A stretch of 64,000 nucleotides of DNA, taken from NCBI GenBank assembly GCA_051874735.1, contig JBJEGD010000001.1, positions 20,893 to 84,892 on the forward strand, written 5' to 3'. The position numbers and the translations under genes are program-made. Shown piece by piece: positions 19,244 through 27,919 of this stretch (positions within the stretch are counted from its first letter, which is position 1; each line of letters opens with the position of its first letter). The stretch is from Candidatus Bruticola sp. (lineage in GTDB: Bacteria; Vulcanimicrobiota; Xenobia; Xenobiales; Xenobiaceae). Below the pieces are notes generated by a model. The model saw only the letters and a list, made by a program, of their open reading frames with translations. It did not search any database and was not told the DNA's origin.

Positions 19244-19477
19244 AACTTTATTTGTTTCTTTCTAAGTTTTTGTTTAATTTCTCTGTTTTATTCGTGCCCG
19301 CCTTGTTTTTGGAGTTTTAGCCATTAAAAATGCTTATCGAGCTATAAAATGGCGGTGAGAAAAGGCAAACATTTCTTAGGTCTAGAAGCGGAGCAGTGCT
19401 TAGTAGTAGAATAATACCCATTTAGGCTGGTATTTATTGCGGAAAATGCTGCTTAAAGGGAAAGTTGGTGAGACTTT

Positions 19478-20083
19478 ATGGAAAAAAATAAACGCCCAGG
19501 TCTTTTGCTTATCATTTCCGGCCCTTCTGGTGCTGGTAAAGGAACTGTTGTCAGTCGTATTTTAGAAAAGCGGCAGGATTGCGCTTTGTCCATTTCCTGT
19601 ACAACTCGCAAGCCTAGAGTTGGAGAGCGGAACGGTATAGATTATTACTTCATTTCTGCTGAAACATTTAACGAGTGGGTCAAGCAGGATAAGTTTTTAG
19701 AGTGGGACAGCCATTTTAACGCTTGTTACGGAACTCCCAAAGAATTTGTGGAGCAAAAACAACGTGAAGGCAAACATATTATTTTAGAAATAGATGTCAA
19801 AGGCGGCTTGGAAGTTATGCGCCATGCTGCCGATTGCGTCAGTATTTTTTTAGCTCCACCTTCTTGGAAAATTTTAGAAGAGCGCCTTTGCGGACGCGGT
19901 ACAGAGTCTTCTGAACAAATAGCTGAGCGCCTTTTAAGAGCGCGTACTGAAATGAAGCGTATGGATCAATATAAATATACTGTGGTCAATAACGAAATAG
20001 ATGATGCAGTAAATACTGTCAACTCTATTATTGAAGCGGAAATGTCGCTTACCAAGAAAGTTAATCTAGATTTAGGCTATTAG
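19478..20083 (+). CDS. gmk: Guanylate kinase
   Basis: SGPSGAGKGT, SCTTRKPR, YGTP, LEIDVKG. Confidence 0.97.
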   Translation: MEKNKRPGLLLIISGPSGAGKGTVVSRILEKRQDCALSISCTTRKPRVGERNGIDYYFISAETFNEWVKQDKFLEWDSHFNACYGTPKEFVEQKQREGKHIILEIDVKGGLEVMRHAADCVSIFLAPPSWKILEERLCGRGTESSEQIAERLLRARTEMKRMDQYKYTVVNNEIDDAVNTVNSIIEAEMSLTKKVNLDLGY

Positions 20084-20115
20084 AACAAATATTTGTATTC
20101 TTTTTTCTAAAGTTC

Positions 20116-20156
20116 AGCGCTTCGGTATTTTTTGAGCTGTCCGAGGCGCTTTTTTT
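20116..20156 (+). terminator. Rho-independent terminator
   Basis: AGCGCTTCGG...CCGAGGCGCT followed by T6. Confidence 0.75.
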
Positions 20157-20293
20157 GTGAAGATGAATTAAGATTTTATAAAAAGGCCAAAAATTAGGCA
20201 ACAATTTATCCTTAAGGTTATTTAAGCTCTATATAATTGAAAAAGCTGATTCACCAGATCGAAATATAAGTTGTGTAAACGGAGGAAAAGTTT

Positions 20294-21259
20294 ATGAAGC
20301 AGTTTTTTGTGAAAATGACCCTGTCCGTATGTAGTGCGGCTCTCTTGCTGGGTGCAGGTAGTGCTGTTTGGGCTGACAACGCCCCTCAAAACTGCCCTAC
20401 GAAAAAGTGTGCCGTTTGTCCTAAAGGTCCTGAGTGTGGCCAAACGAAAAAGTGCGGTCCTGCCAAACGCAAGTGTCAAAAGAGCTGCAGGGCTTCAGAA
20501 TCTGTGGCTAAGCAGTTGTGCCTCACTCCAGAACAGTGTGAGAAGGCTGCTCCCAGTTTTAAAAAATTTGATGAGACTGTACAGAAAATTGCCGAAAACA
20601 AGCGCAGCCATTTTGATAAAGTGCTGACTGACCAGCAGCGTGAACAGATTAAAAATAAACGCGAGGATAACGGCAAGTCGGCAATGCGCTGCGAAGGTAA
20701 AGATAAGCAGGATATGAAACGTGATAAATCCTGTAAAATTGAACTTACTGAGCAGCAGAAAGCGGAGCTCAAAAAGTACAATAAAGCCGATAAGGAAGAA
20801 ATGAAAAAGGCCTTCCAAACCTTAAAAGCTGATCTTAATCCTATTTTAACTGATGAGCAAAAAAGTAAACTTGAAAGCATGAAGGTCAAGGATTGCTTTC
20901 GCGCCCCCAAAAAAGATAAGCACAAAGGTAAGAAGCATCAGAAGAGAGAGCGTTGCGGCAGTGAGTGTCGGGGAATGAGTCCTGAGAGAGGAGCCCATAT
21001 GGGCGGCGGACTTCCTCCTTTTATAATTGATGAGTTAGATCTTTCTCAAGAGCAGGAAGCTAAAGTTAAGGACATTTGCCGCAAATACGATGAAGCTAGG
21101 CGTCAGCGTTTGGAAAAGATGCGTCAGAGCGACAAGGACGACTTTGAACTGATGATGAAAGAAGTATCCTCAGTTCTCAACGATCAGCAAAAAGCTAAAT
21201 TAGCTGAAATAAAAGAGCGTCGTCCTCACGATGGTCCTCACGGTCACAGCCGAGACTAA
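20294..21259 (+). CDS. Exported Spy/CpxP-like (LTxxQ repeat) protein, Cys/Lys-rich
   Basis: Signal peptide ending VWA; repeated LTPEQ, LTDQQ, LTEQQ, LTDEQ, LSQEQ and LNDQQ motifs; GGAGG RBS. Confidence 0.75.
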   Translation: MKQFFVKMTLSVCSAALLLGAGSAVWADNAPQNCPTKKCAVCPKGPECGQTKKCGPAKRKCQKSCRASESVAKQLCLTPEQCEKAAPSFKKFDETVQKIAENKRSHFDKVLTDQQREQIKNKREDNGKSAMRCEGKDKQDMKRDKSCKIELTEQQKAELKKYNKADKEEMKKAFQTLKADLNPILTDEQKSKLESMKVKDCFRAPKKDKHKGKKHQKRERCGSECRGMSPERGAHMGGGLPPFIIDELDLSQEQEAKVKDICRKYDEARRQRLEKMRQSDKDDFELMMKEVSSVLNDQQKAKLAEIKERRPHDGPHGHSRD

Positions 21260-21343
21260 GGCTAATTGTTGACAACTTACGGCCTGCTACCTTGTGCCGC
21301 AATTAAGCAAAATTAGGCCTTAACAGTTAAAAAATAACGAGTT

Positions 21344-21393
21344 TATCCTTCCTGAGTTTTAGCTAAAAGCTAATGAGCGGGAAGGATATTTTT
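21344..21393 (+). terminator. Probable terminator
   Basis: TATCCTTCC...GGAAGGATA followed by a T-run. Confidence 0.55.
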
Positions 21394-21484
21394 ATGTGTA
21401 ATTAAAAGGCCCTATGCCTTATGGTTAGTAAAGATCGGCTTTAGCAAATATATAACTAACATATAACGGCGGACATAGAACGAT

Positions 21485-22168
21485 ATGGCTGGAATATACG
21501 CAGACAATAAGGGGCTGGATCCCGAATTAAGCCGCTTTAGCACCACTTCGCTTAAATCGTATTTAGATGAACATACTGTCAGGTTGCTGCGCGGAGTAGA
21601 GCCTCCTCGAGCGACTTTACGCCAGCTCAAAATAGGGCTGGCTTCAAAAGATTTTCTAGATTGTGATCCTCTATATCGTTGTACTATCGGACGCTGGCTG
21701 CTTTGCCGAGAGTATAAAATTTACCGCCGTTTGGAAGGTTTAAATGGCATAGCTCAGCATATTTCTATGCCTCATCCTCATTTGCTATGCATGGAATATC
21801 TGCAGGGCGGACGCGATCTTAAAGCTGTTGCGCCGGGAGAACTGCCCTACAGCGCTTTAGAGCAGCTCATTGCTCTTATTGAACAAATTCACGCTCGCGG
21901 TGTTATCCACTTCGATATAGGTCATGACAGCAACGGCGATTACGGTCGAGAAACTAATATCCTCTGGAAGGATGGGCAAATTTATATTATCGATTTCGCC
22001 GGGGCTGTGTGCGGAGTGCCTCAGCCTATTTTTGATATGTTAGCTGTCCATGATCGCATGGCTATAGTTAAAGTAATACGCCGCTTTTTCCCTGAAGAGA
22101 AAATAGATCCTCACTGGCTCCCTTCCGAAGGTCAAGCCAAAATTTTGCGCTTTCTGCGCAAAATGTAA
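21485..22168 (+). CDS. Protein-kinase-like (RIO/Kdo-type) phosphotransferase
   Basis: 'REYKIY', 'MEYLQG', 'IHARGVIHFD', 'NILW', 'IIDF'. Confidence 0.75.
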   Translation: MAGIYADNKGLDPELSRFSTTSLKSYLDEHTVRLLRGVEPPRATLRQLKIGLASKDFLDCDPLYRCTIGRWLLCREYKIYRRLEGLNGIAQHISMPHPHLLCMEYLQGGRDLKAVAPGELPYSALEQLIALIEQIHARGVIHFDIGHDSNGDYGRETNILWKDGQIYIIDFAGAVCGVPQPIFDMLAVHDRMAIVKVIRRFFPEEKIDPHWLPSEGQAKILRFLRKM

Positions 22169-22283
22169 AGCTCACTTTACCTACATAAAGTCTGTTGCTC
22201 AATTAAGGATTGCAGAAGAGGTAAGTTACACAGCCCCTTAGGCTACCTAAACGGCTGTATTTACAATAATTATAAATATATTG

Positions 22284-22676
22284 TTAAATACGGTGCATGT
22301 AAGAAAAAAGTTCGGAACGTTGCATTCTTATACTGATCCCTAATTTATGGCCCTCTTCTTTAATTTTATTGCGTAACAAAGCTAAATCAGGATTGTCTGT
22401 AATAAGATAATTACCGTAAATTAGGGCTTCGAAGCCTGTACCGTTGTGCAGTGAACGCTCTATGTCAGATACTTCTATGGCATTTTCTTCCAACATTTTG
22501 GTTATTTTGCCTATAAGCTCCTCATGGTCGGGGCAATCAACTCTCTTCTCAGCTGAATTAGCGTGATTATTATGGTCGTAAGCGGCAATAATAAGCTTAC
22601 ATATAGAACCTGGAACTAACTCTTGAATATGTAAGGGTTCGTTGTCTGAGATGGCCACCTGATTGCTTACAGTCAT
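22284..22676 (-). CDS. ACT-domain protein (UPF0237-like)
   Basis: C-terminus 'LGISIRMQRSELFSYMHRI' resembles the UPF0237 ACT family ending; ACT-like alpha/beta pattern. Confidence 0.7.
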   Translation of the reverse strand: MTVSNQVAISDNEPLHIQELVPGSICKLIIAAYDHNNHANSAEKRVDCPDHEELIGKITKMLEENAIEVSDIERSLHNGTGFEALIYGNYLITDNPDLALLRNKIKEEGHKLGISIRMQRSELFSYMHRI

Positions 22677-22721
22677 GTTCTTTTTTCTTTACTCCAATCC
22701 AGTGTGTATGGATTTATTAGC

Positions 22722-22925
22722 TGAAGACCGCTTTTATTCTGCTTGGAGCCCCCTTAGCTCCTGCTTGAGTGTTTTGTAGTTGCGCAAAGAAGGAAGGGGA
22801 TAGCTTGTGAAGTATAGAGACATTATAAGTTGGCGGGGCTCCGTCATCTGCAGAAAAATCTCTCCAATCTTTGTTACTTAGGTCTTTCAATCCGGACCTT
22901 ATTTTTATAGATTCGGGTTTTTTTT
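22722..22925 (+). ncRNA. Candidate structured ncRNA or leader (long rod plus intrinsic terminator)
   Basis: Nested complementary segments: 22722-29/22881-89, 22737-42/22850-55, 22745-52/22835-42 and 22763-78/22813-30 (G-U pairs favour the + strand). A terminator-like hairpin with a T-run follows at 22889-22925. Confidence 0.4.
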
Positions 22926-23030
22926 GCTTATAAAAAATATTTAAATACAATCCCAAATTAAGTTGTTCCCAAAGTTTGCGGAAAACAGTTTGCCGGCATA
23001 CAGCGGCAAATGTTACGACTGGAGGAAGAT

Positions 23031-24035
23031 ATGAGTGAACTTGGAGCTTTTGCGGGTGTTCTTTTTGGTATATTTGCCTATATCGTATTGGTAATAATCA
23101 CAGGAATATACACGCTGAACCCCAATGAACGTGGTGTTAGAGTTCTCTTCGGCAGAGCTGAACGCGTAAATGATAACATGGGCGGATTTGCCAGTGACGA
23201 CTTTGCTAGAGCTGATAAAGACAAAGATGATGAAGAGAGCGAAGATCTCTACAAATATCCTAAGTTAGCTATTATTGGTCCTGGTATCCATTTTAAATGG
23301 CCCTGGGAAGAGGTTAGGCGGGTTTCTATCGCTACTCAGACAGCAGATATCGGATTAGATCCTTCCAATGTAGGCGGCCGTATATCTGCATCTTTAAGCG
23401 CCGTAACCAAAGACCAGCTTAATACTAAAATCTCCGGTCAAATACGTTTCAGAGTGTCTGAAAATAATCTTTACGCTTATTTGTTCGGCATCAGAAATCC
23501 TATCGCTCATATTATGGGATTCTTCCATTCCATTCTCCGCGAAAAGATCGCTAATTATGAAGCTCCTAAAAATATGATGCATCCAGCAGACGAAGATGAT
23601 CCTTTGCGCCGCAATGTGGAAGGTATTTCTATTAACGACCTCCGCAAAAATCTTCAGGACATCAATGAACACATGGAGCATGAGTGCGCTAATTCTGCCG
23701 CCCGCTACGGTGTGGTTTTGGAAGCTGCTCTTATTACCGGTATCGATCCTCCGGACTGTGTTGAACAGGCCTTAGCTGCTATTAACACCGCTCACAATGA
23801 AGTATCTTCCGATATTAGTGTCGCTCAAGCCGATGCTGATCAGACTATCGTTCAATCTAAGAGAGCGGTAGAAATTCAGACTCTTAAAGCTCAGGCTGAA
23901 GTTGAGCCGTTGCGCCAGCTTTCTGAGCGCTTGAAGAAACTTCGCGACCAAGGCGGTTTATATGCTTATCTGCGCAATATTAAGCTTGGTCTCTTGAGCA
24001 GAGCTAGCAGTATTGTATTAGAGGACAGGAGGTAG
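23031..24035 (+). CDS. SPFH/Band-7 domain membrane protein (first of a pair)
   Basis: N-terminal TM, 'ERGVRVLFGR', 'PGIHFKWPWE', 'TKDQ', C-terminal coiled coil; GGAGGA RBS before ATG 23031. Confidence 0.88.
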   Translation: MSELGAFAGVLFGIFAYIVLVIITGIYTLNPNERGVRVLFGRAERVNDNMGGFASDDFARADKDKDDEESEDLYKYPKLAIIGPGIHFKWPWEEVRRVSIATQTADIGLDPSNVGGRISASLSAVTKDQLNTKISGQIRFRVSENNLYAYLFGIRNPIAHIMGFFHSILREKIANYEAPKNMMHPADEDDPLRRNVEGISINDLRKNLQDINEHMEHECANSAARYGVVLEAALITGIDPPDCVEQALAAINTAHNEVSSDISVAQADADQTIVQSKRAVEIQTLKAQAEVEPLRQLSERLKKLRDQGGLYAYLRNIKLGLLSRASSIVLEDRR

Positions 24036-24042
24036 TAAGTAC

Positions 24043-25017
24043 ATGAGTTTTGTGTTCGCTGCTTTTCTCACGTTCGTATTTATGGCCGTCTTTTTTGCGC
24101 TTCTGCCTTATATCGCTAAGTTCATTTATCCTTATATAATAGTGAACGAACGCGAGTGCCATATTTTGGTGCTTTTTGGTAAGGTAAGAGCACGTTTCGA
24201 CGAACCTGGATTTCATGCACTTATGAGCTCAGGCAGTATGTCTTTATTCGATTGCTATGCTTTTGCTTTCTGCGGCCAAGATATAGTGGTTGATACAAGG
24301 TTAGATCAGTGCTATCTGCGCAGCTTGCCCGTAAACTCTGAAGAGGGCGCTCCCATGGGCATTGGTGTGTGGTATGAAATGAGAGTCTCCGATCCGGCCA
24401 AGTACAGTTTTGAAAACACCGATCCGGAAGGTTCTCTGCGGGCTAACGTTAGCAATGCTACTGTGCGCTGTCTCTCTAATCTCACTTTAGCCGACATGAT
24501 GGAAGATCGTCACATGATGAGCCGTTCCGTGCGCAAAGAAGTTTCGCCTCTTTCCAGTGACTGGGGATATCGTTTAGGTTCTGTTTATATTCGTAACGTA
24601 CACTTCCGCGACAGAAGGATGATCGCGCAAATTGAAGAGAAAGTCGTCAACCGCTTACGTCAGGTTACCGCAGCTATTAAGCAGGATGGCGATAACAGAG
24701 TAAGCGTTATTCGCTCCGAAGCTGATCGTAAATCGGCCGTTGAGTTCGCTAAAGCTGCGGCTATTCGTCCTCAAATTGTCGGTCAAGTTTTGGGCGAAAT
24801 TTCCCAAGATAATGAAGTGGCCAGTGCCCTTTTTGATATTTTGGAAACTGAAAGGATCTTGGAAGGCAACGCTAGTGTTTCGATCATTCCAGCCGGTCTC
24901 AATAACGATATTGCCCGTTCTATGATGGCTGTAGATAAGTTGAGTAGGCCGGGAAGTAGTTATCTGATACCTAAGTCCAGCAATAGCTCTGCAGCTTCTG
25001 CCCAAATAAAATTCTGA
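24043..25017 (+). CDS. SPFH/Band-7 domain membrane protein (second of the pair)
   Basis: N-terminal TM, 'VLFGKV...EPGFH', 'RVSDP', 'WGYRLGSVYIRNV'; 7-bp gap from the upstream gene. Confidence 0.88.
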   Translation: MSFVFAAFLTFVFMAVFFALLPYIAKFIYPYIIVNERECHILVLFGKVRARFDEPGFHALMSSGSMSLFDCYAFAFCGQDIVVDTRLDQCYLRSLPVNSEEGAPMGIGVWYEMRVSDPAKYSFENTDPEGSLRANVSNATVRCLSNLTLADMMEDRHMMSRSVRKEVSPLSSDWGYRLGSVYIRNVHFRDRRMIAQIEEKVVNRLRQVTAAIKQDGDNRVSVIRSEADRKSAVEFAKAAAIRPQIVGQVLGEISQDNEVASALFDILETERILEGNASVSIIPAGLNNDIARSMMAVDKLSRPGSSYLIPKSSNSSAASAQIKF

Positions 25018-25077
25018 AGTTTTGTTTAAGAAGACAACCCAAGTTTTATAACTAAGGTTGGAGCAATAAAAGCTGGT

Positions 25078-25131
25078 AAGCGCTCTTTCTGCTTGAGTTT
25101 GGCAAAAAAATGAGCAGAAGGGGCGCTTTTT
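25078..25131 (+). terminator. Rho-independent terminator of the SPFH operon
   Basis: AAGCGCTCTTTCTGCT...AGCAGAAGGGGCGCTT followed by a T-run. Confidence 0.75.
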
Positions 25132-25263
25132 ATTGGTCCTAATAGAAGGCTATTCCATTTTTTTAGCAAAAGAATCTGCTGCGAACTTGGGCTCAGTTTA
25201 CTTTCTGAGTCTGTATCCGGATTATACTGCTACTTCTGGGTAGTTACTTGAGAGATTTTAAGT

Positions 25264-26178
25264 ATGAGTGATTTGACTAATATTGTCGGTTCTGCGGCTC
25301 CTCGCCAAGGACATAAGATAGTTTTCAAAGAGTTTTTATCTGAAAATGTGGTGCGCATGCGCGTTGAAGCCCAACTTATTGCAGAAGAGCATAAGCCGGG
25401 ACAATTCATTATTTTGCAAACTGATACTGATTATGGCGAACGCATCCCTCTGACTGTCGCTGATAAGAATAAAGAAGAGGGAACTATTACGCTGATTTTC
25501 CAGACTGTAGGTAAATCTACTGAGGAATTGAGCCATTTTGAAGTGGGCGATTATATACCCGTTATAGCCGGCCCCTTAGGCAAGCCTACCGATTTGGAAA
25601 ATTACGGTCGTGTAGTGGCTGTAGGAGGTGGAATCGGTTTAGCTCCGCTTTATCCTATCGTCTGTGGTTTGAAAGCCTTAGGAAATCATGTAACCGTTGT
25701 CGCCGGTGCTCGCAATAAAGGACTGCTTATCCTTGAAGACGAGATGAAAGCTGTAGCTGATGAGTATATCTGCGTTACAGATGACGGATCTTACGGACGC
25801 AAAGCCTTAGTAACAGAGCCTTTGAAAGAACTCTGTGCTTCAGAAACTGAAAAGCCAGATTTGGTAGTTGCTATTGGCCCGCCCATCATGATGAAGTTCT
25901 GTGCTTTAACAACTAAGCCGTACAATGTGAATACATTAGTGAGTCTGAATACTATTATGATTGACGGTACCGGCATGTGTGGTTGCTGTCGTATTACGGT
26001 TGGCGGCCAAATTAAGTTCGTTTGTGTAGACGGTCCTGAGTTTGACGCTCACTTAGTGGACTTTGACAATATGCTTAAGCGCCTCAACGCTTTTAGAGAG
26101 CAAGAGACTAAGGCTCGTGAACATACCTGCCGATTCAGAGCTGTAGTAAAAGAGATGCAAGAGGCCGGGGAAATATAG
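25264..26178 (+). CDS. nfnA: NfnA-type FAD/NAD-binding 2Fe-2S subunit (electron-bifurcating transhydrogenase small subunit)
   Basis: PGQF, GERIPLT, GPLG, GGGIG, 'DGTGMCGCCR' and 'CVDGPEFD'. Confidence 0.88.
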   Translation: MSDLTNIVGSAAPRQGHKIVFKEFLSENVVRMRVEAQLIAEEHKPGQFIILQTDTDYGERIPLTVADKNKEEGTITLIFQTVGKSTEELSHFEVGDYIPVIAGPLGKPTDLENYGRVVAVGGGIGLAPLYPIVCGLKALGNHVTVVAGARNKGLLILEDEMKAVADEYICVTDDGSYGRKALVTEPLKELCASETEKPDLVVAIGPPIMMKFCALTTKPYNVNTLVSLNTIMIDGTGMCGCCRITVGGQIKFVCVDGPEFDAHLVDFDNMLKRLNAFREQETKAREHTCRFRAVVKEMQEAGEI

Positions 26179-26264
26179 TTTCTTTGCGCCTTGCAGCTGG
26201 GCCGTCTTCTAAGTTTTAGACGGTTCGCAGAGTTATAAGTTCACCCAAGGAGATTTTTTTACAA

Positions 26265-27764
26265 ATGCCTCGTTTTCATAAAGATCCTCAAATTCTTGAA
26301 GCAGAAGCTTTAGATATTCTGAACAGCTTAGAAGAGAAGGGCTCCCTCACTCCCAAAGATCGCATGGCCATTCCTGTGCAGAAGCCGGCAGTTCTGGATC
26401 CTCTGCAGCGTTCTCAGTGGCAGGATGAGGTAGAAAAAACCTTTTCTCCTGCTCAGGCTATAGTTGAGAGCCGCCGCTGTCTGCAATGTAAAAATCCTAA
26501 TTGTGTTAAGGGCTGTCCAGTGGGCATCAATATTCCCGGCTTCCTGGGCGCTGCCGCTGAAGGTAAGTTTGCTGAGGCTATTAGCATAATTCAAGAGTCT
26601 AGTTTGCTGCCGGCCATATGCGGCCGCGTTTGTCCGCAAGAACGTCAATGTCAGCAAAACTGTATGATCGGCAAAGCTCACAAAGACGTCGCGCAAGCTG
26701 TGTCTATAGGTAAAGTTGAGCGTTTCTTGGCCGATTGGCAGGCTTCGCACTGCGAAGGAGTTCTGGCTGTTAAGGCTGACAGCGGTCACAAAGTGGCGGT
26801 TATCGGTTCTGGGCCGGCTGGTTTAGTGGTCGCTGCTGACTGCCGCCGTGAAGGACATGAAGTACACGTTTTTGAGGCTCTTCATAAGTTGGGCGGTGTT
26901 TTGCGCTACGGTATTCCTGAATTCCGTTTACCTAAGCGAGTTGTCGATCAGCAGATTGAAGCTTTAACAGCTATGGGAGTCAAATTTCACACCAATTATG
27001 TGGTGGGACGTACTCGCACTATCAAAGATCTGTTTGAAAAAGACGGTTTTGAGGCCGCTTTTATCGGGGTTGGCGCCGGTTTACCTATCTTTATGGGTAT
27101 CCCTGGCGAAGACTTAATCGGTGTCTGTACCGCTAATGAATACCTCACCCGAGCCAATTTGATGGGAGCTATTTATCCCGGTCGCAGTGATACGCCGATG
27201 TATGCTTCTAAGAAAGTCGTCGTTTTAGGCGGAGGTAATGTGGCCATGGATTCTTGCCGCATGGCTAAAAGGTTGGGAGCAGAAGAGGTCACAGTACTGT
27301 ATCGTCGCAGTCGTCATGAGATGCCGGCTCGTCGGGAAGAAGTGGAGCACGCTTTTGAAGAGGGCATTCGTTTCTGCTTCTTGCAGAATGCTTGCGCTGT
27401 CAATGGTGATGAACAGGGACGTGTTAAGTCCGTAACCGTTCAGCGCTATGAGCTGGGTGAACCAGACGCCAGCGGACGCCGCAGTCCTATTAAAATTGAG
27501 GGAGACACTTACGAGTTAGAGTGTGATACCGTCTTGGTCGCTATAGGTAATCGTTCCAATCCTCTGCTGACTTCTACAGTGCCAGGTTTAGAGTTGAACA
27601 AAAAAGGCAATATCGTTGTCGATGAAGCTACAGGCAAGACCAGCCTAGATGGTGTGTACGCTGGTGGCGATATTGTGTTGGGAGCTGCTACAGTTATTTT
27701 AGCTATGGGTGAAGGTCGCCGGGCGGCTAAATCCATTAATGAAATGCTTAGCCAGAAAAAGTAA
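26265..27764 (+). CDS. nfnB: NfnB/SudA-type GltD-like flavoprotein (electron-bifurcating transhydrogenase large subunit)
   Basis: RCLQCKNPNCVKGCP, CGRVCPQERQC, GSGPAG, YGIPEFRL, GGGNVAMD, AGGDIVLGAATVILAMG; paired with nfnA. Confidence 0.88.
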   Translation: MPRFHKDPQILEAEALDILNSLEEKGSLTPKDRMAIPVQKPAVLDPLQRSQWQDEVEKTFSPAQAIVESRRCLQCKNPNCVKGCPVGINIPGFLGAAAEGKFAEAISIIQESSLLPAICGRVCPQERQCQQNCMIGKAHKDVAQAVSIGKVERFLADWQASHCEGVLAVKADSGHKVAVIGSGPAGLVVAADCRREGHEVHVFEALHKLGGVLRYGIPEFRLPKRVVDQQIEALTAMGVKFHTNYVVGRTRTIKDLFEKDGFEAAFIGVGAGLPIFMGIPGEDLIGVCTANEYLTRANLMGAIYPGRSDTPMYASKKVVVLGGGNVAMDSCRMAKRLGAEEVTVLYRRSRHEMPARREEVEHAFEEGIRFCFLQNACAVNGDEQGRVKSVTVQRYELGEPDASGRRSPIKIEGDTYELECDTVLVAIGNRSNPLLTSTVPGLELNKKGNIVVDEATGKTSLDGVYAGGDIVLGAATVILAMGEGRRAAKSINEMLSQKK

Positions 27765-27787
27765 TTTTAGTGTGTAAATAAGGTTTT

Positions 27788-27837
27788 AAAGTGGAAGCTG
27801 GGCAAGGGATAAAAGTTCTACTCGGCTTCTGCTTTTT
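27788..27837 (+). terminator. Probable terminator
   Basis: AAAGTGGAAGCTGGG...CTCGGCTTCTGCTTT stem with G-U pairs, then a T-run. Confidence 0.55.
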
Positions 27838-27919
27838 GTGTTTTCTGCTGCTATTTCAGAAGTATTTCTGAGTACTGCAGAGAAGCGTCAATATACAGGG
27901 TTAGGTGAAACGAAGGAAA

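Noticed and set aside
22717-22956. 79-aa minus-strand ORF in the ACT/SPFH intergenic region
   Set aside because: TTG start without a clear RBS and no recognisable motif; the region is better explained by RNA structure.
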